64,000 bases of DNA from a virus (lineage: Duplodnaviria > Caudoviricetes). The position numbers were made by a program, and so were the translations under genes. Shown in pieces: positions 49,131 through 58,150 of this stretch (positions within the stretch are counted from its first letter, which is position 1; each line of letters begins with the position of its first letter). The DNA lies in IMG/VR virus record IMGVR_UViG_3300015607_004160, one strand, 5' to 3'. The notes below the pieces were generated by a model, which saw only the letters and a program-made list of their open reading frames with translations, had not been told where the DNA came from and did not search any database.

Positions 49131-49913
49131 TTATTTTTTATATTTTTTCCACTTTGGATCAAACCAAAATGTTCTTTTATTTGAATCTTTCATAGAGTCA
49201 CCTTTTTGATAATAAACCCAATCTATAAATGACTGTGAATCGGTATCAAATGGATTTTTCCAATCTCTTAGTTGGCCACCATTTAATTGATATGATTTTA
49301 TAGGAATATCCTTACACAAATCAAGTATTTCTGGTCTATTTTTAATTATATCCCTAGCACTTTGAAATGGATTTTCATCTAAATAATAAAGAATAGTAGA
49401 CCTAAGATAGTTTCCTATACCATTGAAATATTTTTGATTCAATAATGCTTCATAAATTGGTTTATTAAAATCTTTTTTATCTAAGTTGGATATGATATTT
49501 TTCTTAAAATTTTCAAAATCTTTCATCGGATCTGGTCCTCGTTTTGTTCCACTAAATGGTTTATTAATATTATACTTCGGACCCATATATCCACCATGTA
49601 ATAATAAAGAGTGTCCAGTTTCATCATCGAGTCTTAAGCGAACATATTTGGTATCATTCCACTCATTTGTTTTAACATATTTCCAATTACCACTCATTCC
49701 CATAAAAACAAAAATATTAATAGGATCCCTATCTCTAAAAGATAAGTTAAGATTAAGTTCTTTCCCATTATTGGTAGAATGTATTACAAACTTAGAATTT
49801 AAATATTCATTTGGAATATTTCCCTTTTCAACATTGTAGATTTTAACATACCTGTTATTGCTATGTTGATTAATATATTCAGACATTATTTTACACTCAG
49901 GTAATTCTGGCAT
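49131..49913 (-). CDS. Fpg/Nei family DNA glycosylase
   Basis: N-terminal MPELPE, GMSG, GPDP, LLNQKYFNGIGNYLR (H2TH). Confidence 0.88.
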   Translation of the reverse strand: MPELPECKIMSEYINQHSNNRYVKIYNVEKGNIPNEYLNSKFVIHSTNNGKELNLNLSFRDRDPINIFVFMGMSGNWKYVKTNEWNDTKYVRLRLDDETGHSLLLHGGYMGPKYNINKPFSGTKRGPDPMKDFENFKKNIISNLDKKDFNKPIYEALLNQKYFNGIGNYLRSTILYYLDENPFQSARDIIKNRPEILDLCKDIPIKSYQLNGGQLRDWKNPFDTDSQSFIDWVYYQKGDSMKDSNKRTFWFDPKWKKYKK

Positions 49914-49983
49914 ACTTACATTATTTTTACTACAGAGATTATATAATCTAATATATATTTTATATAAAATATATAAAAAGTTT

Positions 49984-50970
49984 ATGAAAAGTAGAAGTGC
50001 ATTTATTCAATATGTAAATGAGATAGAACTTTGTAAAAATAAAGTAGAATTAAAAATTACACTTTTGAAGATAAGAGAAGAAATTAAAAATAATAGATCA
50101 TTTTCATTTTTTTTAATTAAAAATAAAAGTGTTTCACAGAAAGTTAAAAGTATTTATTTATATAATAATTCAATAAAAGAATCTGTTTTTAGAATATTAA
50201 ATGATATTGATCATGATGTAATTTGTCAGTGTGGAGGACTGTGTAGATTTTTAGATAATAATAGAGGATATCAATCCTCATGTGGATCACATAGGTGTAT
50301 ATTTGTAAATAAAAAAAGGAATGAAAGTTCAAATAAAACATTTTTATTAAAATATGGAACACATCCTATGAAAACAGAAGCAACAAAAAATAAATTAAGA
50401 AAATCAATTATTGATAAATATAGTGTAGATAGTCCAATGAAGGTTGAAGAAGTTAAACAGAAAGTTAAAAAGACTAACCTTAAAAAATATGGAGTGGAAC
50501 ACGCAATACAATCTGATATAATAAAAGATAGAGTAAGGAAGGCAAATTTTGAAAAATATGGAGGACACCCAATGCAAAAAGAAGAAAACTTTCTAAATAA
50601 TTTAAGGTCGAGAGTAAAATTTAAAAATTATACATTACCATCAGGTAAAATAATCAAAATTCAAGGATATGAAAATATAGCCTTGGATATTTTACTCTTG
50701 AAATATAAAGAAGATGATATTTTGTACACAGTCAAGGATATAAATAAGGTCACTGGGGTAATCTATTACATGGATGATAAAAATATCAGAAGAAGATACT
50801 ACCCAGATTTTTATATAAAATCCATAAATAAGATTTATGAGGCTAAATCAATATGGACATATCAGTCTAAAATAGAAAAAAACAAGAAAAAAATGGAAGC
50901 CTGTCATAGAATGGGTATGTACTTTGAATTTATAATATGTGACTATAAAGGCAATAGGATTTTTTTATAA
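49984..50970 (+). CDS. Putative homing endonuclease (KYG repeats + PD-(D/E)xK)
   Basis: KYGT/KYGV/KYGG repeats; QGYE, YYPDFYI, YEAKS. Confidence 0.7.
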   Translation: MKSRSAFIQYVNEIELCKNKVELKITLLKIREEIKNNRSFSFFLIKNKSVSQKVKSIYLYNNSIKESVFRILNDIDHDVICQCGGLCRFLDNNRGYQSSCGSHRCIFVNKKRNESSNKTFLLKYGTHPMKTEATKNKLRKSIIDKYSVDSPMKVEEVKQKVKKTNLKKYGVEHAIQSDIIKDRVRKANFEKYGGHPMQKEENFLNNLRSRVKFKNYTLPSGKIIKIQGYENIALDILLLKYKEDDILYTVKDINKVTGVIYYMDDKNIRRRYYPDFYIKSINKIYEAKSIWTYQSKIEKNKKKMEACHRMGMYFEFIICDYKGNRIFL

Positions 50971-50984
50971 TTAAATCTTTTTGT

Positions 50985-51290
50985 TTAGATTGCCTCTAGT
51001 ATCGTATCTAAGTTATAATCTCTTAGGTTCATTTTCTGAATAGTAGCTTCAATTTTCTTGTGTTTTATTTTGTGTATTTTTATCACTTTGAAAACTGTAT
51101 ACATTGATCGATAGGTTCGTCCATATGTATCATTCATTAAAACTTTGAATACTCTTTGTCCGTTATTTATAAAATTTCTCATTTTACTAACACTTTCAAA
51201 CTCTATTCCGACTTCGGCTTCCTCACCATCTTCATAGCTTCTGTATCTATCAGAAAAAGATAATTTTAGTTCTACTTGATTGTACATCAT
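50985..51290 (-). CDS. Hypothetical protein with C-terminal RD-type motif
   Basis: Ends RDYNLDTILEAI. Confidence 0.65.
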   Translation of the reverse strand: MMYNQVELKLSFSDRYRSYEDGEEAEVGIEFESVSKMRNFINNGQRVFKVLMNDTYGRTYRSMYTVFKVIKIHKIKHKKIEATIQKMNLRDYNLDTILEAI

Positions 51291-51712
51291 ACTAATTCGC
51301 TTAATCTTTTGTCCCTTATTAATGATAACAATTTTGGATCATTATAGGGTACATTTTCTGTGTGAAAAATAATTTTTGTATTATACCTATCCTTTATTTC
51401 ACATTCAAGATATATAGCATATTCTTTTTTATCTTTTAAATCACCAAATGAAATGAGTGATACTTTATTTGGAAGATTAAGAAATTCACTAAATTCATCA
51501 TTACCAAGATAAGACGATTTAAAATTTTCAATTGTAATAAATAAATTAACGTATTCAGATATTAACGGAAGTTTATCATTCATTTCCGTGGAAAAGGTAT
51601 CTGATTTTACTACACTATGAATCATATACCTTTCGAGACGATAACGCATTTGAATATAAAATCTTCTCCAAAATGAAGGAACTGATTTATCACGCTTTTT
51701 AAAAATATTCAT
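51287..51712 (-). CDS. Hypothetical protein with C-terminal RD-type motif
   Basis: Ends RDKRLSELV. Confidence 0.65.
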   Translation of the reverse strand: MNIFKKRDKSVPSFWRRFYIQMRYRLERYMIHSVVKSDTFSTEMNDKLPLISEYVNLFITIENFKSSYLGNDEFSEFLNLPNKVSLISFGDLKDKKEYAIYLECEIKDRYNTKIIFHTENVPYNDPKLLSLIRDKRLSELV

Positions 51713-52011
51713 ATTATTTCGTTTATTTTATAATTTCTAACAAAAGGTATCAAAACCGGATTTTTATGAGGGAATTCAGTATCAATCGCCATGTATTTAT
51801 TATACATACCATCAGCATAAAGGCAATATCCAAGCGATTCAAAATTTGATGATGGGAACGGGAATAATGGAACTACAAAAAATGTATTAGAAACAATTTT
51901 TGATTGATTATTACATATTTCTATAATATCCTCAATATTATCTGTTGATGATAGTAATTTAGAATTGTGTATATTACCTTTATTATCTGATATATCGTAA
52001 ACCAAATACAT
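51709..52011 (-). CDS. Hypothetical protein with C-terminal RNxK-type motif
   Basis: Ends RNYKINEII. Confidence 0.65.
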   Translation of the reverse strand: MYLVYDISDNKGNIHNSKLLSSTDNIEDIIEICNNQSKIVSNTFFVVPLFPFPSSNFESLGYCLYADGMYNKYMAIDTEFPHKNPVLIPFVRNYKINEII

Positions 52012-52526
52012 TACTTAAAAATTTCATATGTATCTAATGGTTGTCTTGGTTCAGAACTTAAAAGTTCAAACCTTTTACAACATTCTAAAATATATTTAGA
52101 GTGATCAATGTTCTTTTCATTGGCGGTACCTAAAGTTAAGTGTAATCCAAAATAAGGATCTCTTGCCAAACCAAGAGCTTCTCTGATATCTTCTGCTTCA
52201 GGAGACCATACTCTCAACCACCAGTGTTGACCATTGGAACGAGGCATATTTTGGTAGTAGAAAGTAATTTCTTTACCATTGAAAACATTAGATGCTTCCA
52301 TAAATAATTCTCTATCCATTCTATCAGAAATGAAGGTAACGTGAGTTCCTCTAAGTGGTTTATTTAAAATCAAGTTAAACCTTGTTTTTAAAAACCAAGC
52401 ATAGTAATCCGCTATGTCGCAATTTGTTTTAATCATTGCGACACATTTCCAAGAGGATTGATTTTTGTGCTTTTTAGTCACATCCTGAGGAGTAAAGTCT
52501 AATATGCCTTTTATCTTAAATAACAT
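52011..52526 (-). CDS. 2H phosphoesterase family protein
   Basis: Two HxT motifs: THVTFI and LHLTLG. Confidence 0.65.
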   Translation of the reverse strand: MLFKIKGILDFTPQDVTKKHKNQSSWKCVAMIKTNCDIADYYAWFLKTRFNLILNKPLRGTHVTFISDRMDRELFMEASNVFNGKEITFYYQNMPRSNGQHWWLRVWSPEAEDIREALGLARDPYFGLHLTLGTANEKNIDHSKYILECCKRFELLSSEPRQPLDTYEIFK

Positions 52527-52530
52527 AGTA

Positions 52531-52538
52531 CAAAGATA
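52531..52538 (-). promoter_or_regulatory. Bacteroidota-type -7 promoter element
   Basis: TATCTTTG 4 nt before the ATG at 52526. Confidence 0.55.
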
Positions 52539-52576
52539 CGATTTTTAGAGGAAATAACCAAATTAATATATACACT

Positions 52577-52735
52577 ATGAAAAAGCGTAAAAAATTGGAT
52601 ACCAAGTTGTTAATAGAGAAATTTATTAATGATTATTGCAAACAAAAAGGCTGGAATCCAAAAAGTTTGTCTCCCAGCCAATTAATAGAAATTGTTGAAC
52701 AAAAGGAGTATAAAACTCCTAAAAATTATCTTTAA
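52577..52735 (+). CDS. 52-aa protein (not in ORF track)
   Basis: MKKRKKLDTKLLIEKFINDYCKQKGWNPKSLSPSQLIEIVEQKEYKTPKNYL; TTAATATATA at 52563-52572. Confidence 0.6.
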   Translation: MKKRKKLDTKLLIEKFINDYCKQKGWNPKSLSPSQLIEIVEQKEYKTPKNYL

Positions 52736-53874
52736 GATACAAATACCAAATCGTATTTCAAATGAGCCACCGGAATTGTTCCAAAATGGTCAATAAACTC
52801 AACCAAATCACTTCTGTTACCAACAAATTCATTTGTAGTTTCGCCTAAATCCCTAGCCCAGCAAGATGTACCATCCCAACGTAGTTCATCAATAATACGG
52901 CCTTGTTTTTTAAACATATCCATTATTAATAGCTTCTCATGGTTAATCCATGTTTGTGAAATATAAGCTTTTGTTCTTATACCATCCCTCAGAACGAATG
53001 CGTATAAGTCAGATGAATAATCAGCAAATTCACTTGGTTGTCCAGCAGAGCAAATACTCTTATCAATTGGTGAATCATCCCATCCATAGCCATCCCAATC
53101 ACCCCATCCACAATATCCACCACTACTATACTTAACTGGATCTCTGGTTACTGGAAGCGATTCCCAATCTACTTTTTCAATAGACTTACAAAGTTTATAG
53201 AGGTGATCAATATCTTGTCTTTCCTTATGAGTATGCTCATCATAGTATCCAACAGAAATGTTTGTACATTCTGGAATAATACCCATAAATTGCGCCGAAT
53301 CAGTTAAAACACCAGTATCATCGGGTCTCATTTGTAAAAGACCACTTGTATTTAACTGTGAACAAAGTTCTTTAGCAAATTCATCTGAACAGCAAACTCC
53401 GTAAAATTGTTCTGTAATAACCGAATTCGTACTTCGTCTATCAAACGAAACAACTTTTTTAATATTTTTTAGTTCTGCTGGCACATCACCGTCTTTTTCA
53501 AGCTCATCAGCTAAGTCAGAAGAACCTATACAACCAGTTTCTTCACCAATAAAAAAGTAATAAAGTCCAGGAATTTTCTTTTCTATCATATATAAAACAA
53601 CAACCATACCCGCCTTATCATCAGCACCTAAAATGGTTGTTCCATCCGTCATTACATAACTACCACAAAATTTGTGAGTAACCTTTTCCATCTTACTACA
53701 AGATGTATCTAAGTGACAGGTAAACATTGTCGTGTAGTTATCACCAACAGAAAGATAATAGTTTCCGAACTTATCCATCTGAGTACCATCAGGCAGGAAA
53801 GATTCCAGAAACTTCTCAGTTCCATAGGGATATGTCATTCTCGTCAATTGTAAAAACTTCTTACGTATCTTCAT
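52732..53874 (-). CDS. M28/M20-family zinc peptidase
   Basis: CHLDT, LGADDKAG, GEETG, SFDRR, TDS, NISVGYYDEH. Confidence 0.85.
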   Translation of the reverse strand: MKIRKKFLQLTRMTYPYGTEKFLESFLPDGTQMDKFGNYYLSVGDNYTTMFTCHLDTSCSKMEKVTHKFCGSYVMTDGTTILGADDKAGMVVVLYMIEKKIPGLYYFFIGEETGCIGSSDLADELEKDGDVPAELKNIKKVVSFDRRSTNSVITEQFYGVCCSDEFAKELCSQLNTSGLLQMRPDDTGVLTDSAQFMGIIPECTNISVGYYDEHTHKERQDIDHLYKLCKSIEKVDWESLPVTRDPVKYSSGGYCGWGDWDGYGWDDSPIDKSICSAGQPSEFADYSSDLYAFVLRDGIRTKAYISQTWINHEKLLIMDMFKKQGRIIDELRWDGTSCWARDLGETTNEFVGNRSDLVEFIDHFGTIPVAHLKYDLVFVS

Positions 53875-53892
53875 TTCACACTATTATTTTTA

Positions 53893-53900
53893 CAAATATA
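53893..53900 (-). promoter_or_regulatory. Bacteroidota-type -7 promoter element
   Basis: TATATTTG upstream of the peptidase gene. Confidence 0.5.
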
Positions 53901-53987
53901 AAAATATTTTAATAAATAACCAAATTTTATATTTACTTAGAAACAAACAAATTAAAATAGAATATAAACTAAAAATAAACAATTATA

Positions 53988-54734
53988 ATGAGAGTAACAT
54001 ATGTTATCGGATACCGTCACAGAATGGATAGAATAATCAATCTAAGGAAGGTATTGGAATGGCTGGCAAGCTTCAATAATGTTGATGTAATCATCGTAGA
54101 ACAAGATAAATATTCCAAAATTTCACATCTAAATCTAAGAGCTACTCACGTATTTATAAAAAGTGATAAGCCTTACAATAGATCATGGGCATTTAATGTT
54201 GCCTTAAAAAGAAATAAAAATCCTGTAATTATTTTCGGAGACTGTGATATCGTTATGGATCCTCAAGAACTCGTTAATTCTATTAACGAATTAAATAACT
54301 TCGATGTGGTTAGTCCATATTCTTCTGTATTAGATTTAACTCCAGAGGAAACCAATTATCCATTTAATATGCTTCCACAAATACAAAGAGCTGGACGTGG
54401 TGAAAATGATAATCAAAAAATTAATCTTTGTGGTGGTATTGTTATTTTCAAAGCTGAATCAATTGTTAAAATTGGTGGATGGAATGAAGACTTCATTGGT
54501 TGGGGCGGCGAAGATGACTTTCAAACAATTAAAGTTAAGAAATTAGGGTTAACCTACAAAGAAATGCCATATAGATGTTATCATTTTTGGCATAATAGAG
54601 ATGAGGCTGATATGTCCAACTATCAAAGAACTATGAATCTATTACAACAAATGTCAACATTAGACGCATCAAAGTTACAAATGCACGTTAATGCTACGGT
54701 TGGAAAAATTGGAACCCTAAACAAATATGCTTAA
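53988..54734 (+). CDS. Glycosyltransferase (GT2/GT7 galactosyltransferase-like)
   Basis: IIVEQD, YNRSWAFN, FGDCD, GGWNEDFIGWGGEDDF. Confidence 0.85.
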   Translation: MRVTYVIGYRHRMDRIINLRKVLEWLASFNNVDVIIVEQDKYSKISHLNLRATHVFIKSDKPYNRSWAFNVALKRNKNPVIIFGDCDIVMDPQELVNSINELNNFDVVSPYSSVLDLTPEETNYPFNMLPQIQRAGRGENDNQKINLCGGIVIFKAESIVKIGGWNEDFIGWGGEDDFQTIKVKKLGLTYKEMPYRCYHFWHNRDEADMSNYQRTMNLLQQMSTLDASKLQMHVNATVGKIGTLNKYA

Positions 54735-54760
54735 TAAGCAATAAAAAAATAGTTTTTATA

Positions 54761-55447
54761 ATGAAAAACAACTACACACACGTTGCTATTTTAATTGACA
54801 GATCTGGTTCAATGAATAGTATCAAATCTGATGTTATTGGTGGTTTTAACCAACTAATTGAGGATCAAAAAAATGTACCAGGTGATTTAACTGTTACTTT
54901 AGTTCAATTTGATGAGAATATGGGATTACAATTTGAAACAATTAATGATTTTTCCCCACTTAATGAGGTTAAGTTATTAAACGAATCTAACTATACCCCA
55001 AGAGGATCTACTCCCCTAAATGATTCATTAGCTAGGTTAATCAATGAGACAGGTGCTAGATTAGCAGCAAAAGATGAATCCGAAAGGCCAGAAAAAGTTC
55101 TTATTGTGTCTATTACTGATGGGCGTGAAAATGCTTCAAAAGAGCATACAAAACAAAGCGTTAAAACACTTATTGAACATCAAGAAAAGAATTACAATTG
55201 GAAGTTTATGTATATTGGTGCCAACCAAGATTCATTTGCAGAAGGATCATCTAGGGGTATCGGAGCTTCTTATAACTTTGCAGCAGATTCAAAAGGAACT
55301 AAGAAAATGAGTAAAGTATTCAGCGCTACATTAGCGTCTTATAGAAGTGCTGGTGTTTCTGCAAAAGAGTGTGATTTATCTCAAGTATTAGCTGAAGAGG
55401 CTAAAAAAGCTGACTTAGAAGAAGCAGCTGAAGATTCTAAAAAATAA
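54761..55447 (+). CDS. von Willebrand factor A domain protein
   Basis: MIDAS DRSGSM, GSTPLND, ITDGREN, WKFMYIGAN. Confidence 0.88.
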   Translation: MKNNYTHVAILIDRSGSMNSIKSDVIGGFNQLIEDQKNVPGDLTVTLVQFDENMGLQFETINDFSPLNEVKLLNESNYTPRGSTPLNDSLARLINETGARLAAKDESERPEKVLIVSITDGRENASKEHTKQSVKTLIEHQEKNYNWKFMYIGANQDSFAEGSSRGIGASYNFAADSKGTKKMSKVFSATLASYRSAGVSAKECDLSQVLAEEAKKADLEEAAEDSKK

Positions 55448-55524
55448 AAAATAGTTGGAAGTATTGATGTGGAATATCTTTCTATATAAAGAATCATATA
55501 GTGGTGGAGTAATTCATTATTACT

Positions 55525-55737
55525 ATGACATATTTAAAGTCGGTGGTTTATTATGCAACGAGTAAACAAGAGGATCCAGACACAAGTAAACAAGGAAAGT
55601 TTTTTGATTCAAATCTAATTGATATTTTACAAGGATATTTATCAGTATTGAGAAGAGTATCACCATCAAATAATAAAGAATACTTTCGTGTATTATCTTT
55701 GTACCGTGATATGCAAATTGATAGTATAAATAGCTAA
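55525..55737 (+). CDS. Small protein with C-terminal RD-type motif
   Basis: Ends YRDMQIDSINS. Confidence 0.5.
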   Translation: MTYLKSVVYYATSKQEDPDTSKQGKFFDSNLIDILQGYLSVLRRVSPSNNKEYFRVLSLYRDMQIDSINS

Positions 55738-55739
55738 TT

Positions 55740-56312
55740 TTATTCCATACAAACTCTAAGTTTGTTATATTTAATTAATAATTTATATAGTCTTTCATAT
55801 TCCACATCAATATTTTCAACTACCTTTTCAATCCATTGATCATTATTATAAAATTCAACAATCATTCCCTTTTTCAATTGTTCTTTTCCAGTTAAAAAAT
55901 GATATCTTTTTTGCTCTAAGAATGAGAAGGATATTCCATTATATAAGTATGTTTTATTTGTAGTATTAGAATCGTAAATTGCTACACTTAATAGCTTCTC
56001 AGATCCATTATTTAGAATTTTCTTAGCTTGTTCTTCTCCTTTATATTTTGCTATAATAGAATCCTGATCAAACTCTTCCATTAGGAAAAAAGCGTCTTTT
56101 CTTAAAATATCGTTACCATCACCACAAACAGCTATAAAAGATCTTTCATAACTTCCTTCATAGTGACCAGTTACGGGTAATATTGTATATCCTTTAGAGT
56201 AAAGAATATTACACAACTTATCACATAAGAACTTATTATCTATTTGCGTATTTGATTCCTTCTCAGGTGAGACTATAATATATGATATATTCCTATCAGT
56301 TAAATTGAACAT
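55740..56312 (-). CDS. Hypothetical protein (possible SAM-lyase/DUF3293-like fold)
   Basis: GHYEGSYERSF...FDQDSII; TTAATATATA at 56317-56326. Confidence 0.4.
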   Translation of the reverse strand: MFNLTDRNISYIIVSPEKESNTQIDNKFLCDKLCNILYSKGYTILPVTGHYEGSYERSFIAVCGDGNDILRKDAFFLMEEFDQDSIIAKYKGEEQAKKILNNGSEKLLSVAIYDSNTTNKTYLYNGISFSFLEQKRYHFLTGKEQLKKGMIVEFYNNDQWIEKVVENIDVEYERLYKLLIKYNKLRVCME

Positions 56313-56340
56313 AAATTATATATTAAATTAATCAACTGAC

Positions 56341-57564
56341 TTAATAATCAAACTCATCTTTTAATAGTGTATTGAATACTATTTCAACTGCTTCCTTGTG
56401 TTTTCTAGCACAAATAATACTATCATGAACAGTTATCAGTTTAATATTGGGATCTAACTCCATTATCGTCTTAATAATTCTATTAAAGATTAAGTTAGAT
56501 TCGGCCCTTTGTAGATTATAAGACAACATTCTATAATCACCCATTTCTTTTTTATAAGATTTTATAAATGTATGAATAGTCGGAAACAATTTCTTAAATA
56601 GATTATCTGCATTATTTTTGTAATTACGTCCGAATAAAACCTTATAAACAACCTCTTTAATTTCCTTTCTACTCATTTGTGATCCACAATTATCAAGTAA
56701 ATATTGATAGAATTTACCACTAGCAGTTAGTATCCTAAATAATTCCAACTCTTCATCTTTAACGATAAATATATCATTATCTTTAATGAGTTTATATAGA
56801 AACAGTGGTTGACTATTCGGTATATCTATTTCGCAAGTTTCTTCACCATCTATGAGTAGGCAATTTTTTCGAATAAATGATTTTAAGATGGTAAAGTTTG
56901 TATGCATCCTTCCATAATCATCAAAGTGATAAAATATGTGATTATCTTTAATGCATTCTACGCTATACTTATTTTTATTATAAATATCATTATCTTGATT
57001 TGTACTATCTAAGAAAAATATAGATTTTACATAATCTATATTAATTGAGAATAGATCATTAACTAATTTCTTTTTTACTTCAGTTAGTATGCCTTTTCCG
57101 TAATGAGGGCTATCAACAATTGAAATAGCATTTCGATATTTCTTTAATAAAACATTATCTTGATTCTTATACCGTTTTATCTCACCTTTTATAATCTTTT
57201 CGTTGAGCTTATATATTCGAGAATTTTTACCCTTTTGATGTTTTCTGACAAGAATAATGAATTCATTCTTGACTAGATAATCCATATAGTAATTGTATAT
57301 GTGGCCATATTTTTCTTTCAAGATGGTAGCAGATAAATTAAATGAGTTATCTTTTTTAAAATAATATTTTAGTAATAAATTATGTACAATATCTATAATA
57401 TAGGAGGTTTTTAATTCTACTCCGCCATATGATATTTTTTTTACTTTAGACAGTTCTTCAAGTGAGGCTGGTAAAAATTGCAAGCTATGTTTCTTTTTAT
57501 CAATAGTTCTTAAATAGTCTTTCTCTTTAAATTCGACAACTTTATTCATAGAAATTATACTCAT
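56341..57564 (-). CDS. Compact family-A-like (PolA/T7 RNAP superfamily) polymerase
   Basis: GRMHT, motif A EIDIPNSQP, motif B RKEIK..YKVLFG, LQRAES, motif C TVHDS. Confidence 0.6.
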   Translation of the reverse strand: MSIISMNKVVEFKEKDYLRTIDKKKHSLQFLPASLEELSKVKKISYGGVELKTSYIIDIVHNLLLKYYFKKDNSFNLSATILKEKYGHIYNYYMDYLVKNEFIILVRKHQKGKNSRIYKLNEKIIKGEIKRYKNQDNVLLKKYRNAISIVDSPHYGKGILTEVKKKLVNDLFSINIDYVKSIFFLDSTNQDNDIYNKNKYSVECIKDNHIFYHFDDYGRMHTNFTILKSFIRKNCLLIDGEETCEIDIPNSQPLFLYKLIKDNDIFIVKDEELELFRILTASGKFYQYLLDNCGSQMSRKEIKEVVYKVLFGRNYKNNADNLFKKLFPTIHTFIKSYKKEMGDYRMLSYNLQRAESNLIFNRIIKTIMELDPNIKLITVHDSIICARKHKEAVEIVFNTLLKDEFDY

Positions 57565-57604
57565 GAGTATATGTTTGTTTATGAAAAAACTTTATTTTTA
57601 CCGA

Positions 57605-58150
57605 TTAAAATATCCTAATAGGAGCAGATCTATTATTGCTAGACGGCCTATTGTTATTGTTAGCTGGCCTATTGTTAGCTGGCCTATTGTTATTGTTAGC
57701 TGGCCTATAAGTATTAAGATTAACTACTCTTGGTGTATTAACTCTTCGATTATTATTACTACTATATTGTGCTCTGTAATATGTATAGACAGGACGATAT
57801 GAGAGGTATGGATTATACCAATTATGATGATACAAATTATTATAATTTAAATATCTCCAATTGTAAGTATATCCAAAAGTAATATATCCTCGATTAGTAT
57901 ATCTATTCTGATAATACCAGTCATCATAGTCAAGTAGTCTGAATCTATAATCATACATCTGATGTCTTAAACGTATATCTTCAATTGTATAGTTATTTGT
58001 AGTCTGCTGAACATATCTATTCAATTGTGGAGAATAGTACATATCATCAGGTGTTTGTCCAGTTTTATAAATTGTGCAAGATGTAAGACTAAAAATTGTA
58101 ATTAAAACTAATGTTAGCTTACTTAGTAGGTTGAATGTTATTTTTTTCAT
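57605..58150 (-). CDS. Lipoprotein with Asn/Arg-rich repeat tail
   Basis: Start reassigned to MKKITF; lipobox LTSC; TGQTPDDMYYSP; RPANNN repeats (57645-57707). Confidence 0.7.
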   Translation of the reverse strand: MKKITFNLLSKLTLVLITIFSLTSCTIYKTGQTPDDMYYSPQLNRYVQQTTNNYTIEDIRLRHQMYDYRFRLLDYDDWYYQNRYTNRGYITFGYTYNWRYLNYNNLYHHNWYNPYLSYRPVYTYYRAQYSSNNNRRVNTPRVVNLNTYRPANNNNRPANNRPANNNNRPSSNNRSAPIRIF

